In this document: piece by piece, positions 37,821 through 49,454 of the stretch
How the letters are laid out: each line of letters opens with the position of its first letter
Position numbering within the stretch: the first letter of the stretch is position 1
Source of the DNA: Octopus bimaculoides
Taxonomy: Eukaryota
NCBI RefSeq assembly: GCF_001194135.2
Contig: NC_068993.1
Location: 16,855,548-16,919,547, forward strand
Direction of reading: 5' to 3'
DNA length: 64,000 bases
Position numbers and translations under genes: made by a program
Notes under the pieces: generated by a model
What the model was told of the DNA's origin: nothing
Seen by the model: only the letters and a program-made list of their open reading frames with translations
The model's database searches: none

Positions 37821-38412
37821 ACCTAGGTGAATTGCTATAGTGGATTGAGGAGCTCCGCCAACCCCAAAATCACCTAAATAGTTGATATGATAATGCAAGA
37901 ATGGCTATGGGGGTCCACCAGCAGAGCCAGATTTATAGGGATGCGGAGGAGGCAATTGCCCTGGGCATCTGATGATACTGGGGGTCCCTTGCTACTAAGG
38001 GCATGTAGTACTCAATACAAGAAGGTCCCTCCCACCTCCCAACAATCAGGTATGAAGTGGCTCTCTTTCAGTATACAAGGATATCTTGACTTCTTAAAAA
38101 ATATAAGATTTTGCCACCTTAGAGACATCAGTAATTCAATTAAAAAGCAGTACTACCCACTCCCAAAGCAGCTTACAATTCCCAAGGGAATTGTTGATGC
38201 TTTGGGATGACAGGGAAAAGGGAAACTCTTGAAAATGTATGTATGTATGTATGTATGTACATATGTATGTATGTATTTGTGTGTGTGGATGCGCACATAT
38301 GAATGTATATAAAGATAGGGCGATTAAGAGAAAGAAGTTATTGTCTCTCAGTTTCCTTCTTTCAATGCATCACTGAGCAATGGACCCTGGGCTTGACTGA
38401 TCACAGTTAAAG

Positions 38413-38456
<44 letters not shown>

Positions 38457-38912
38457 TTCTACTTCTAAACTTATTTCAATGAGGCATTGAAAATTGGTCT
38501 TATTTTATGAAACGAGTAAACAAATGTTCCAAAATTTTAATTTTGAATTTAGTTTTAATTATAAAATTCTATCTCTCAACAGCTGAAAGCATTCTTTTTG
38601 GTTTTAGAATTATTGCATATTTATTTAAATGATTTTCCTTAAATCAAACCTTTTACTGTTCTTATTTTTGCCTATATTTTTCATCATTCTGTCAAACACT
38701 TGCAATTACTACATGGAAATGGAGCAAAATTGGTTACTGGGTCAAAATGAATAATTTCTGATTTCTTGTTATTTTCTCCCTACCTGTTTGAAACCATTAC
38801 TTTACAATTATTGCATCCCCATTTTGTACCATTGCATCATCTTTGGGAGTAAAAATTGGTCAGTATAGTCTACATAGTTGTTGAAGTTGAGAGTTTGAAA
38901 CTTAGGTGACAG

Positions 38913-39090
38913 GTACCTTTATAAAAAGTACATGTCTGATTTACCAAGAGCAGATATCTTCACTTAGCTGGGTTGCATTGTCTGCACACATGGTAGGAAT
39001 ATTGGGTACAAACACCCCTACATGGAGTCTTGATATTCAATATTCAATTAGTATTGTTTGGGTGTGTAAATTATACCAACTTAGCAAGGT
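38913..39090 (+). repeat. Unclassified ~180-bp block, copy 1 (copy 2 at 53449-53625)
   Basis: Shared TATAAAAAGTACATGTCTGA, TCTTCACTTAGCTGGGTTGC and GAGTCTTGATATTCAAT. Confidence 0.85.
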
Positions 39091-39149
39091 GCCTCAATTT
39101 AAGTACCTAATTCAACAGAATCTTAACTATATTTTGTATATGTTTCTGT

Positions 39150-39184
<35 letters not shown>

Positions 39185-39185
39185 A

Positions 39186-39420
39186 ATCATCATCATCATT
39201 CTCATTTTAACATTCACTTTTCCATGCTTGCATTGGTTAGACAAGTTTCATTGAGGCAGGTTTCTACAGCCGAGTGCCTTTCGTTTTTTTAAGCAAGGCA
39301 ATGTTTTCCCTACTTCTTTGAACATGAACAGTGTAATGTCTGTACATGTTTTCATGGAAGATTGCAAACAAATGACATTGCCCATATAATGGTGAAGTTT
39401 GTTTACAAAGCAATGTGGCA
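39186..39420 (-). mobile_element. SINE variant A2 tail
   Basis: CATCATCAT..TTTCCATGCTTGCAT end and CATGTTTTCATGGAAGA module. Confidence 0.7.
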
Positions 39421-39477
39421 GAAACGCATATATGTATACATGTGTGTGTGTGTGTGTGTGTGTGCATTTATATATCT

Positions 39478-39875
39478 CTATCTTTTATCTTTTACTTGTT
39501 TCAGTCAGACTGCAGTTATGCTAGGGCACCACCTTGAATTTTCAGTCAAATGAATTGACTCTAGTACTTATTTTTAAGTCTGGTACTTATTCTATCGGTC
39601 TCTTTTGCCAAACTGCTAAGTTACAGGGATGCAAACACACCAACACCAGTTGTCAAGTGGTGATGGGTGAACAAACACAGACACAAATACACATAGATAT
39701 ATATACATATTCAGTGGGCTTCTTTCAGTTTCCATTGACCAAACCCACTCACAAAGCTTTGGTTAGACTGAGGTTAAAGTAGAAAACACTTGCCCAAGGT
39801 GCCACGTAGTAGGACTGAACCCAGAACCATGTGGCTGGGAAGCAAGTTTCTTATCACACAGCCACACCTGCACCT
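39478..39875 (-). mobile_element. SINE family A
   Basis: Complete head and tail on the minus strand. Confidence 0.88.
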
Positions 39876-40098
39876 ATACACATATATGCACACACAAGCA
39901 CACACACACACAACAGGCTTATACATATATATGCACACACACGATAGGCTTCATTCAATTTCCATCTACCAAAACCACTTATGATGCTTTGGTTGACCCA
40001 GAGCTACAGTACCCCAAAACGTAATCACAAAACAAACTTTGCGACTCCCCTCATACAGCTGTGTCTGTACCACACACACACACATGTGTTTGTGTGTG

Positions 40099-40145
<47 letters not shown>

Positions 40146-40299
40146 TGTGTGTGTGTAGCAGGTGGGTGCACGCCCTTTGGTATTTTGTTACAGTAAAGAA
40201 ACAGCTCATTGTCTGAGAACTACCAGTTAATCATTGTCCCATTCTACACAACATTGTTATCAATGCCTCCAATCTGGGAAAAGTCAAGCCAACAAGGCA

Positions 40300-40505
40300 G
40301 CTTCTTTGTGGTAGGTTGACAAAGAAACAGTAGCCAAATTTCCTTCAAAATAAACCCAACCATATTGAATATAAAGAACATGTTACAGTTGGAGACTGTA
40401 GTCCTAGGCTCAGAATAACTGAAAAATGTTGGATAGTCATGACTGGAATGCCTTTGATCATCGGCCTGCTTAACCAGAGCTGACTTTGGTCTGAACAATA
40501 ACAGA
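40300..40505 (+). repeat. Family E repeat
   Basis: GTCATGACTGGAATGCCTTTGATCATCGG..GGTCTGAACAATAACA. Confidence 0.65.
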
Positions 40506-40778
40506 GACAATTTATTTATGATATATTTGTTGTCATTACATCTCTAGATAAACAAATTCACTTAAAAACTTATGCATTACTCAAACCCTGTACAATTTTT
40601 ATGGAAACGCTGGCCCCAATAAAAGCTCCCACCCATAAAAACATTGCATCATTCCTTCATGGATGGGCAGCGGATTGACAGAAACATTACAGTTGTGTGA
40701 TGTTTTGTTGCAGCCCTTTGCTATCCTGCTAAATTCAACTTTGCCTCTCATCCATCTGGAGATCAATAATGTGTGTGC

Positions 40779-40813
<35 letters not shown>

Positions 40814-41215
40814 CGTGCCTGTGCATGGGTGTGTCAGTGGTTCCTGACTCAGGATCTGCAAAATTACTATTGGAGGTCTGTGAGCTAAGTTCAGTTTTGA
40901 ATAGCTGCAGTATAAAATGTCATATTACTCATGATAAATTTGTCAAAAAAATATGTCTAAAACTTTATATGCATCTACTATGCAATAGACTTTGATAAGG
41001 TCACAACGCACAATAGAAGCATTCTAAATATAATAACTTCTTGTGTGTCTGATTTCTGTACTTTAGTACTCAACAGTACTAAAGAAGATATCAAAAGTAT
41101 AGCAAGGTTTGAAACTGTTGCTGTTATTACTATATATTTTAGATATGGCATATGACATTTTCTTATATACTTCTCATTCAGACATTGACTACTAACAACA
41201 TTATCACTTCGCCTA

Positions 41216-41361
41216 CCATGGGAATCACTGATGACTCTCCATGCTATATTCTTAGTATACTTTGAAAGTCACTTGTGACAAGTCATGGTATATTTTCCCA
41301 CACTATATTCTTAATATACCATAGAAGTCAACGGTGACTCCTAATGGTGATATTTCTTAAT
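41216..41361. repeat. Three degenerate tandem palindromic units (consensus about CCATGG-GAGTCAC-CG-GTGACTC-CCATGG)
   Basis: Units at about 41216, 41260 and 41319 share the TATATTCTTA spacer and GTCAC..GTGAC symmetry. Confidence 0.6.
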
Positions 41362-41436
41362 TGAGCCTCATATTATTGTTGTTCGAACTACATTAATTAC
41401 ATTGTTCAAATATCATTAAATGTGCAGACACCTTGC

Positions 41437-41590
41437 TGGCACAGGTGTGACTGTGTGAGAAAAAGCCACTTCCCAACCACATGGTTCTAGGTCCAGTCCC
41501 ACTGCATGGCACCTTGGGCAAGTATATATTCAAGGCGGTACCCCAGTATGGCCACAGTCTAATGACAGAAAGAAGTAAAAGAATGTCTGT
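41437..41590 (+). mobile_element. SINE family A with large internal deletion
   Basis: Head and core (to GGCACCTTGGGCAAGT) join almost directly to the terminal AAGGCGGTACCCCAGTATGGCC module. Confidence 0.8.
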
Positions 41591-41794
41591 ATTCTGTACA
41601 TATCAGAAGGGTGCAAATTACTGCCATTTCCATCATTGTAGTGCTACCCTCCATTAAAAAATCTTTGAGAAAAAGAAGCTACTAAGGTTTATATAATATC
41701 TGAAATATAATCTACAGAGAAAAATTAATCATAAATAAACGAAAAAATTCATAAATGGAGGTATAATGAACATTTTAACATTTTTAAACATGTA

Positions 41795-41862
41795 TATCAC
41801 TGGTGAGTGCCACGGTACAGAATGAATATAATCATTCTGTACTGTGAAGGTCACCAGTGATA
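41795..41862. other. 68-nt hairpin, pre-miRNA-like or tiny TA-flanked MITE
   Basis: TATCACTGGTGA/TCACCAGTGATA (12/12) plus CACGGTACAGAATGA/TCATTCTGTACTGTG (14/15 with a G-U), 4x4 internal loop and 6-nt terminal loop. Confidence 0.6.
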
Positions 41863-42069
41863 CCTGTTCTGTAAATCAGTATGGTAGTTTATGTGATGAA
41901 TTAGAATATTATATGGTTAAAAAAATCAAAAATCACATAATTTTTTACAATATTTAACTGGTGGAACCAATGAAAATATGATGCAAAATAGGTTTGACAG
42001 ATAGAGTGCCTATGTAAAGGACCACATGTGAATATGATTCACATTTTTAGGCCAGCATTAATTTTAAAG

Positions 42070-42410
42070 CAGGGGTTCTCAACTGGGGTCCATTAGACTC
42101 CTGAGAGTCCATATAAGATTTTTGAGGGGTTCATGCAAACAGTATAGTAAAGTGGAGGTCTACATTAGTATATTACGGGTCCATGAAAAAGTTTTGATTT
42201 CGATGAATTTATTGCAAGAAATAGCTAAATTTCTTTCTCAAATGTTTTATGTCGTTCAACCAATATAAGTGAATGTATGAGAAACCAAATAGGAATTTTG
42301 GAAGAAGCATCTATAAAACTAGATTTTAAACATTGAATGGTTATGGCAGCCCACTGGAATAAAATAATAATCAAAGGGTTCAATAGACAAAACATGGTTG
42401 AGAACCCCTG
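42070..42410. mobile_element. hAT (Buster/Charlie-type) MITE, same family as 37503-37820
   Basis: Perfect 14-bp TIR CAGGGGTTCTCAAC/GTTGAGAACCCCTG. TSD TTTTAAAG/ATTTAAAG. Internal sequence is shared with the 37503 copy. Confidence 0.93.
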
Positions 42411-42558
42411 ATTTAAAGGATCCCATTTGAACACAACATATTTGAGCAAACTCTGTATTGTACATGCATCTTCATGAATCATTTTCTTCATAACAGTATT
42501 AACTATATCAGTGAAAAACCATTCCTTGTATATCTGGTTATATAATATCCTGGTTGTT

Positions 42559-43560
42559 ATGGATCTCTGGTTAAAAACTGGAAATACATTAAAGTGTAAA
42601 AAATGGTGAAAATACAGGTGTAGGAATGTAGCATGTTTAAACGAGAAATACTGGATCAAGTTTCAAAATGGAAAATTTGTAAACATTGTGATGAGTACAT
42701 ATTTGGATTTATATACAACTACCATGATGGCAAAGAGAAGCCAAAGTGTGTTCTGTGTTATGAAACATTGTAAAATGAAAGCATGAAGCCAGCCAAACTT
42801 TGTCGACATTTAGAAATGAAGCATAAAGAAAACATGAACAAACCTGTTGAATATTTTCAAAGAGGACAGCAAGAACTACTTTTGTAACAAAAGTCAATAG
42901 AAAAAAAAATAACAACTGGCTATGATAATATAAATGCTGCGTTTGCATCGTCTGATTTGTCTCTTTTAATAGCGAAGAGTGGAAAACCACACACAACAGC
43001 GGAGGAACTAATTCTGCCTGCTGCCAAAGCAATTGCCTTTAGAATGCATGGAGACAAAGTAGCAAGGAATTATGCTATGATTCCATTATCAAACGACACT
43101 CTGAAGCAGCAAATGGAAGACATGGCTGATAGTGTTAAAAATCTGATAGTGAAAAGAATGCTTAAATGTGAAAGCTATTCCTTACAATTAGATGAAAGTA
43201 AAGATATTTCTAGCTGTGCTGCTTTGAGTACATTCATACGGTATGAATTTAATGGCATGATTAGGGAAGATTTTCTGTTTTACCAATCATTGCCATCACA
43301 TGTAACTAGTGAATCTATTTTTAATAGTTTGGATGATTTTATAATTGAAAATGAAATTAGGTGCTCAAAATGTGTATAAGTCAATGCTTTTGGGGTTCTT
43401 GTAATGTCAGGAAAATATTCAAGGTATAATACCAAATGTCAGATGGGCACATTGCTGGTAGCAAGGAGCATGCCAAGAAAATTGAAGATGACACTGGAGG
43501 AGACAGTGAAAATAGTTAATTTTATAAGAACTCATCCATTAAATTCTCAGTCATCTTTTC
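42559..43560 (+). pseudogene. Buster/ZBED5/SCAND3-like hAT transposase pseudogene, N-terminal half
   Basis: MDLWLKTG start, BED-like KPKCVLCYETL*NESMKPAKLCRHLEMKH, IAKSGKPHTTAEELILPAAK, IPLSNDT, YSLQLDES (first catalytic D), IREDFLF and VKIVNFIRTHPLNS. In-frame stops are present and the C-terminal half is missing. Confidence 0.95.
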
Positions 43561-43759
43561 TAATTGGTAGATTTATATTCAAAAATTTAACAAAATACAG
43601 AAATGCTTGCAAGGCAAAGATGTTACAATTATTCAAACCTGAACACTGCTAATAAAAAGGAAAATTTAAATAGGCCTGTTTTACCTTGGAAACCCATATA
43701 AATGTATTTATGGAGAGAAAAATATTGAAAGAGTGAGAAAGAAACAAGGAGGGTTATCT

Positions 43760-43915
43760 TGGGATGTGCTAGAAACAATTGCTAAATCTCCCTTAGATTA
43801 CCCACTTTTTCCTCTGAAAATATTAACAATTTTTTAAATATTGTTTTTACTGAAAAGGCTCCTCCTATGGTTTTGAAGTGCAAAAAAAAAATGGCTAAAA
43901 TTGGTCTGGGATGAT
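43760..43915 (+). repeat. Family E repeat (diverged)
   Basis: GCTAGAAACAATTGCTAAATCTCCC and TTGGTCTGGGATGATGAG-like motifs. Confidence 0.45.
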
Positions 43916-44394
43916 GAGAGAGCAATGTACATAAGCATTTTCAAAACTTTTTTTCATAAAAATATGTTCCCCACCCACATTATTTCCAAGGCTGTAGTTT
44001 AAAAAATGGGGAAAAATTGCCATCGGATTTGTAGAGGCTTCATGCAGGCATAGCGTGGATTCGATCCTCAATTGCCAAATTTCACTTAACACTTCAACAG
44101 TGCTTTTCTCATGGTAAAACAATAGTTTTTCTGTGAATGACAACAGTTATACATTTCCCAGATGCCTTCATTAAACAGAATAATGTCTTTGCCACTTGAC
44201 CCTTCTAACCTCTTCTAGACCACCAGGGGCTGGAATGGAGATTCCCTCCTCCAGCTGACAGTTTTTTTATACTTTTTTGCCACGGAAAATACACCTTTTG
44301 TGGCAGTTATAATGAAATTGCTTTCTTATATCAGAGTAATAAGGCATTTCAATATAATATCTTTACCCCCGAGAATTATCAGGTATACCAGCTA

Positions 44395-44433
<39 letters not shown>

Positions 44434-44933
44434 TTTTTACTCTCACACATTTACTCTGTACAGGCATATACACACAGATTTTCACTCACACAATATATTT
44501 GAATACTTATATATGTGTATCTGCACATGTAAATGAGTGAATGTCTCAATAAATACATGATCACACATACACAATTAAGCAAAATGTTTATATTTAGTAT
44601 AAACATATTGAAATGAAAAAAACAAAATAGCTGTAAAAATTTGTTAAAGGAAACCTTACATATATTACAGGAATTAATTTAAGATTTCAGGTATTTGAAC
44701 AGTGTGACAATGTTGTAGAGAACTTGAGGCAAGTTTATTGTTAGCTCAATGCTGAATTGAAAATATGATTCAATGAGAGAGTATCAGTGTGGTTGCTTGG
44801 TCTGTTAGAAGTAGCAGCCAAGACTCTTTTAAATCATGCTTTACTGCTGTCTTACAAATGGAAAGACAAGACAAATGGGTGTAATATATGGCCCTTATGT
44901 TCTGTACATTTTGTTTTCTATTTAGTCATAGTG

Positions 44934-45326
44934 AGTGGAGGCGCAATGGCCCAGTGGTAAGGGCAGTGGACTGGCGGTTGTAGGATCGCGATTTCGATTC
45001 CCAGACCGGGCGTTGTGAGTGTTTATTGAGTGAAAACACCTAAAGCTCCACGAGGCTCCGGCAGGGGATGGTGGCGAACCCTGCTGTACTCTTTCACTAC
45101 AACTTTCCCTCACTCTTACTTTCTGTCTCTGTTGTGCCTGTAATTCAAAGGGTCAGCCTTGTCACACTGTGTCACGCTGAATATCCCCGAGAACTACGTT
45201 AAGGGTACACGTGTCTGTGGAGAGCTCAGCCACTTGCACATTAATTTCTGTTGATTGGATTTCTGTTCTGTTGATCGGATCAACTAGAACCCTCGACGTC
45301 GTAAACGACGGAGTGCCAACAACAAC
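44934..45326 (+). mobile_element. SINE family C with 12-bp TSD
   Basis: TGGCCCAGTGG A box, B box and (AAC)n tail. TSD AGTCA(T/C)AGTGAG at 44924-44935 and 45327-45338. Confidence 0.95.
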
Positions 45327-45569
45327 AGTCACAGTGAGAAAAACAACATCCATGATCCTTATTTTTCAGGGTTTCTGAGAAATGCTTGTTTATCCCCAAT
45401 CTGGAGAACTGGCTCAAATGCTTACAACAGAGTGAATTCCACCAAAGGCATTCAAAGACCAATCATGTAGAGATTTTAAACTGAATGACAGGTTAAGTGC
45501 TTGAGAGAGAAAAAAAAAAACAGAAGGGTAGGTCACAGCCAAAATACATTTGATCATTGATCTCATTAA

Positions 45570-45866
45570 CATGTTAACTGCCACATGTACCATCCATGGT
45601 CCATCGCAAACTTCACACAACTTCCATATGCACCACCAGTGGTACATTTTCATAATTTGAGAAAATATTTTATTCTGTATCTTTGACAAAGTTTTGAGGA
45701 TTTTTAAATAACATGAGTGCTAAATATTAAAGTTTAATTATGAAATATTGTAAAAATGCAAAACAAAATCACATTTCCTCGTAATTAAACAACAGTATGC
45801 AATGTGACCCACAGAATTCATGGTATCACCAGTAAATTCCAGCAACAGGCCATAGAGGTTAACATG
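45570..45866. mobile_element. Probable piggyBac-like MITE
   Basis: TTAA|CATGTTAAC ... GTTAACATG|TTAA (9-bp TIR plus TTAA on both sides). Confidence 0.55.
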
Positions 45867-46167
45867 TTAATCAATGCTAACCTGGGGCTAAACTACAACT
45901 GTTGCTGCTTCTACTACTACTGCTGCTGTTGCTGCTTCTACTACTACTACTACTGCTGCTGTTGCTGCTTCTGCTATTGTTAGAAAGGGATAAAAATTAG
46001 GTATCAGGATGCTTTGTATCAGATGTTACAATTTGTTTCACTTAGTTTTGTTCTCAGCAGGGAACACTTCTTTATATTTTTTGTTAATTTTTTTTCTCTT
46101 AATTAAATATGATATTAATACATGATAGCAGATACATTTTTCATGTAGGCTTTTGGTTGTCCCTCAC

Positions 46168-46347
46168 CTCCACCACGTCATTGAAAATGCAGTGACAGTA
46201 AATGACAAAGATTACAATTAAGGTGGTGGTGGTGGTGGTGATGTACATATATTTTGTATGCTGTTTTGTCTCGGGTGTTTGTTCTTCACAGTCAATATCA
46301 TTTACTTTTTGTCTTTCACTGCTCTCTCTCTCCTCTTCCTTGCAAGC
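46168..46347 (-). CDS. Candidate exon of an unknown gene (60 codons, includes a hydrophobic stretch TLIVIFVIYCHCIF)
   Basis: Stop-free phase 0-0 frame between acceptor tttaacacaag and strong donor GAG|GTGAGG. Partly built of simple repeats and no homology recognised. Confidence 0.22.
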
Positions 46348-46712
46348 CTTGTGTTAAACCCATAAAAACAAACTGTTGAGCTAGCTAACTAAGCTTAAGC
46401 TAGCCCCTGAGTTTGTATCCAGTCTACCATATCGTTGAAATAATAAATAACACAAAGAGACCCTCTTCTCTTTTTTTCTGGAAGGTGGGGGGGAACAAAA
46501 TTTCTGTTCATGACAAACATCATCTGTGTTTACTGTAGCATAGTGCTTGTCCTGAGAGTATCAATCTAGCCACACCTGTCACCCAGGATATATGCATGAC
46601 ACAACTCTATTTCAATTATGATTCACACTATATTGAATAAAACAGGTTCATAACTTAGATTAGTAATATTGAACATTAATAAATATGGAAGGGGCAACTT
46701 GGAAAGAGAGAG

Positions 46713-46755
<43 letters not shown>

Positions 46756-47647
46756 NNNNNNNNNNNNNNNNNNNNNNNNNNNNNNNNNNNNNNNNNNNNN
46801 NNNNNNNNNNNNNNNNNNNNNNNNNNNNNNNNNNNNNNNNNNNNNNNNNNNNNNNNNNNNNNNNNNNNNNNNNNNNNNNNNNNNNNNNNNNNNNNNNNNN
46901 NNNNNNNNNNNNNNNNNNNNNNNNNNNNNNNNNNNNNNNNNNNNNNNNNNNNNNNNNNNNNNNNNNNNNNNNNNNNNNNNNNNNNNNNNNNNNNNNNNNN
47001 NNNNNNNNNNNNNNNNNNNNNNNNNNNNNNNNNNNNNNNNNNNNNNNNNNNNNNNNNNNNNNNNNNNNNNNNNNNNNNNNNNNNNNNNNNNNNNNNNNNN
47101 NNNNNNNNNNNNNNNNNNNNNNNNNNNNNNNNNNNNNNNNNNNNNNNNNNNNNNNNNNNNNNNNNNNNNNNNNNNNNNNNNNNNNNNNNNNNNNNNNNNN
47201 NNNNNNNNNNNNNNNNNNNNNNNNNNNNNNNNNNNNNNNNNNNNNNNNNNNNNNNNNNNNNNNNNNNNNNNNNNNNNNNNNNNNNNNNNNNNNNNNNNNN
47301 NNNNNNNNNNNNNNNNNNNNNNNNNNNNNNNNNNNNNNNNNNNNNNNNNNNNNNNNNNNNNNNNNNNNNNNNNNNNNNNNNNNNNNNNNNNNNNNNNNNN
47401 NNNNNNNNNNNNNNNNNNNNNNNNNNNNNNNNNNNNNNNNNNNNNNNNNNNNNNNNNNNNNNNNNNNNNNNNNNNNNNNNNNNNNNNNNNNNNNNNNNNN
47501 NNNNNNNNNNNNNNNNNNNNNNNNNNNNNNNNNNNNNNNNNNNNNNNNNNNNNNNNNNNNNNNNNNNNNNNNNNNNNNNNNNNNNNNNNNNNNNNNNNNN
47601 NNNNNNNNNNNNNNNNNNNNNNNNNNNNNNNNNNNNNNNNNNNNNNN
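46756..47647. other. Largest assembly gap (others: 2104-2151, 3767-4317, 6290-6306, 17351-17625, 28757-28870, 33984-33993, 34729-34738, 59131-59221)
   Basis: Runs of N, mostly next to microsatellites. Confidence 0.98.
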
Positions 47648-48334
47648 TGCTTGTCAAAACAAACAGGGAAATCCTTTCCACACTAGATGATTGATGAGGA
47701 AACACTCGACCCCTTAGTACCTGTGCTGGTCAAGGAAAAATCAGTCTTTTGTTTAGGGTTTGACCTACATTACTGACCATAGTCTATATAACAGAGAGAA
47801 TTTCCTATCTCTTCCTCTTTTGTGTAAGCCAGACCAAGGAGTGGCACCAGCTTTTGCATCAGCCTTCATCAAGAGCAGCACTTCCCTTCACATTGACATG
47901 CGAAGAGAGGCTTTTGGCCACAAGAAAGACGATGCCACGTTTATCTTTTCTTCTTTACTAGTCAGCACCATGCATTCCTTTCTCTTTCACTCTCTACTGA
48001 CAGCGACTTCTATACTATCAACTATTAACCAATGAGCCCTCCTTGTTGTCACTGTCACTAGAATTACTGCTGTCTCTTTAACTACCTGTTGAGCAAACGA
48101 ATAAACATATGTAAATAATATTTCTTCCTTCTTCGTGTTCATTCTGCATGTTTACTGGGTTCTCCAATGCAAGAACCTTCCAGCATTACATCTACACACA
48201 ACATGTTCATAATGAGCTCTCAGTTCCTTAGTATAAAAGTAAAATTACTTTTTGTGCAAGGAAGTTTTCAATATTTAGAAATTTTGGTGTGTCCTTTCTG
48301 ACTTAGAGACAAGCTTGTCTTTCACTCAGAAACG

Positions 48335-48670
48335 AGATCAAACAGACTTTGCTCAAAGTCATTCCAGTTGTGACCATTCTTTTAAAGGATATGGAGAACT
48401 GCATTTCCTTTCTCCTTTCCTTATTTGAGATGGTGAGAGGGGTGATTTGAGGGAGAGTTGGCTGTTATTTCTAGCATGCCAAGCAATCACATAGAGGCTC
48501 CTGTATTGCTATCTAGCACTAGATCAGCCTTGAATGAGCAGACCTATGATCATAGACATTCCAGTCGTGGCCATCTCATCTTCTAAGGTGTGTCCATTCC
48601 TTAATTAAGTTGATAGATGATTTGAGGGAGACATAGCCATTATTTCTAGCATGCCAAGCAATTATGTAGA
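48335..48670 (-). repeat. Two tandem family E repeats
   Basis: GATTTGAGGGAG..GCT.TTATTTCTAGCATGCCAAGCAAT occurs at about 48445 and 48620. CAGACCTATGATCATAGACATTCCAG is at 48540. Confidence 0.75.
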
Positions 48671-49061
48671 TGCTTCTTCTTTGAACTCGCAAATATTTTA
48701 TTGTATTTTTAAGGCATTTATTTTATTTGTGCATTTCTTCAGTTCACTCGGCTGTCAGAAGAAATAGGTTCTTGAAGAAAAGGTCACTTGAGTTAACCAT
48801 CCATTGACAGATATTTCTAAATATATAAGGTCAAGTAATTTTGTGTGGAGTATTAAAAAAATATTTATCGTTATAATTATTACTTTATAATTATTGATTA
48901 CAGAATGTTTAATAATGCCAGAAAGATTTTCTTAGATATTCAATATTTTCTTTAATGATAATTACCTCTCTAGTGTATTCTTAATAAGCTTGTTATTATA
49001 ATAGTTTTTTTCTTTTTCTCCTTCTTATTCTCAAAATAAATGAAATAATCTTGTAAAAACT

Positions 49062-49225
49062 GCAACGTAGTTGTGTGGTAAAGAAGCTCACTCTACAACC
49101 ACATGGTTTGAGGGGTTCAGTCCCACTGTGTGATATTTTGGGCAAGTGTCTTCTACTATAGCCATGGACCTGCAAATGCCTTGAAAGTAGATTTAGTAGA
49201 CAGAAACTGTATGGAATCCTATCAT
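49062..49225 (+). mobile_element. SINE family A head and core
   Basis: GTTGTGTGGTAAAGAAGCTC..GGGCAAGTGTCTTCTACTATAGCC. Confidence 0.8.
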
Positions 49226-49454
49226 ACATACATTATCATTAACATCATCAATATTTAACATCTGTTTGCCATGCTAGCATGGGTCATGCTAGCATATCTT
49301 GGTCCTCTGTCACCATATATATATATAAAATGAACAAACAGGCTGTGTGTATATCAGACAGACAGAATGCAACAAGGAGAAAAAGTTAGATGAAAGCAGA
49401 GTAAACAGAAAACTAAACGAAAACTTAATGGACAGATAATATAGATAAAGACAC

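Noticed and set aside
41228-41285. CTGATGA..GAAA followed by a GTCAC/GTGAC hairpin
   Set aside because: There is no stem II pairing and no UH cleavage site. The palindromic tandem array explains it.
45370-45491. Strong acceptor and donor pair
   Set aside because: All three frames hit stops before the strong donor, so it is unsupported as a coding exon (it could be non-coding).
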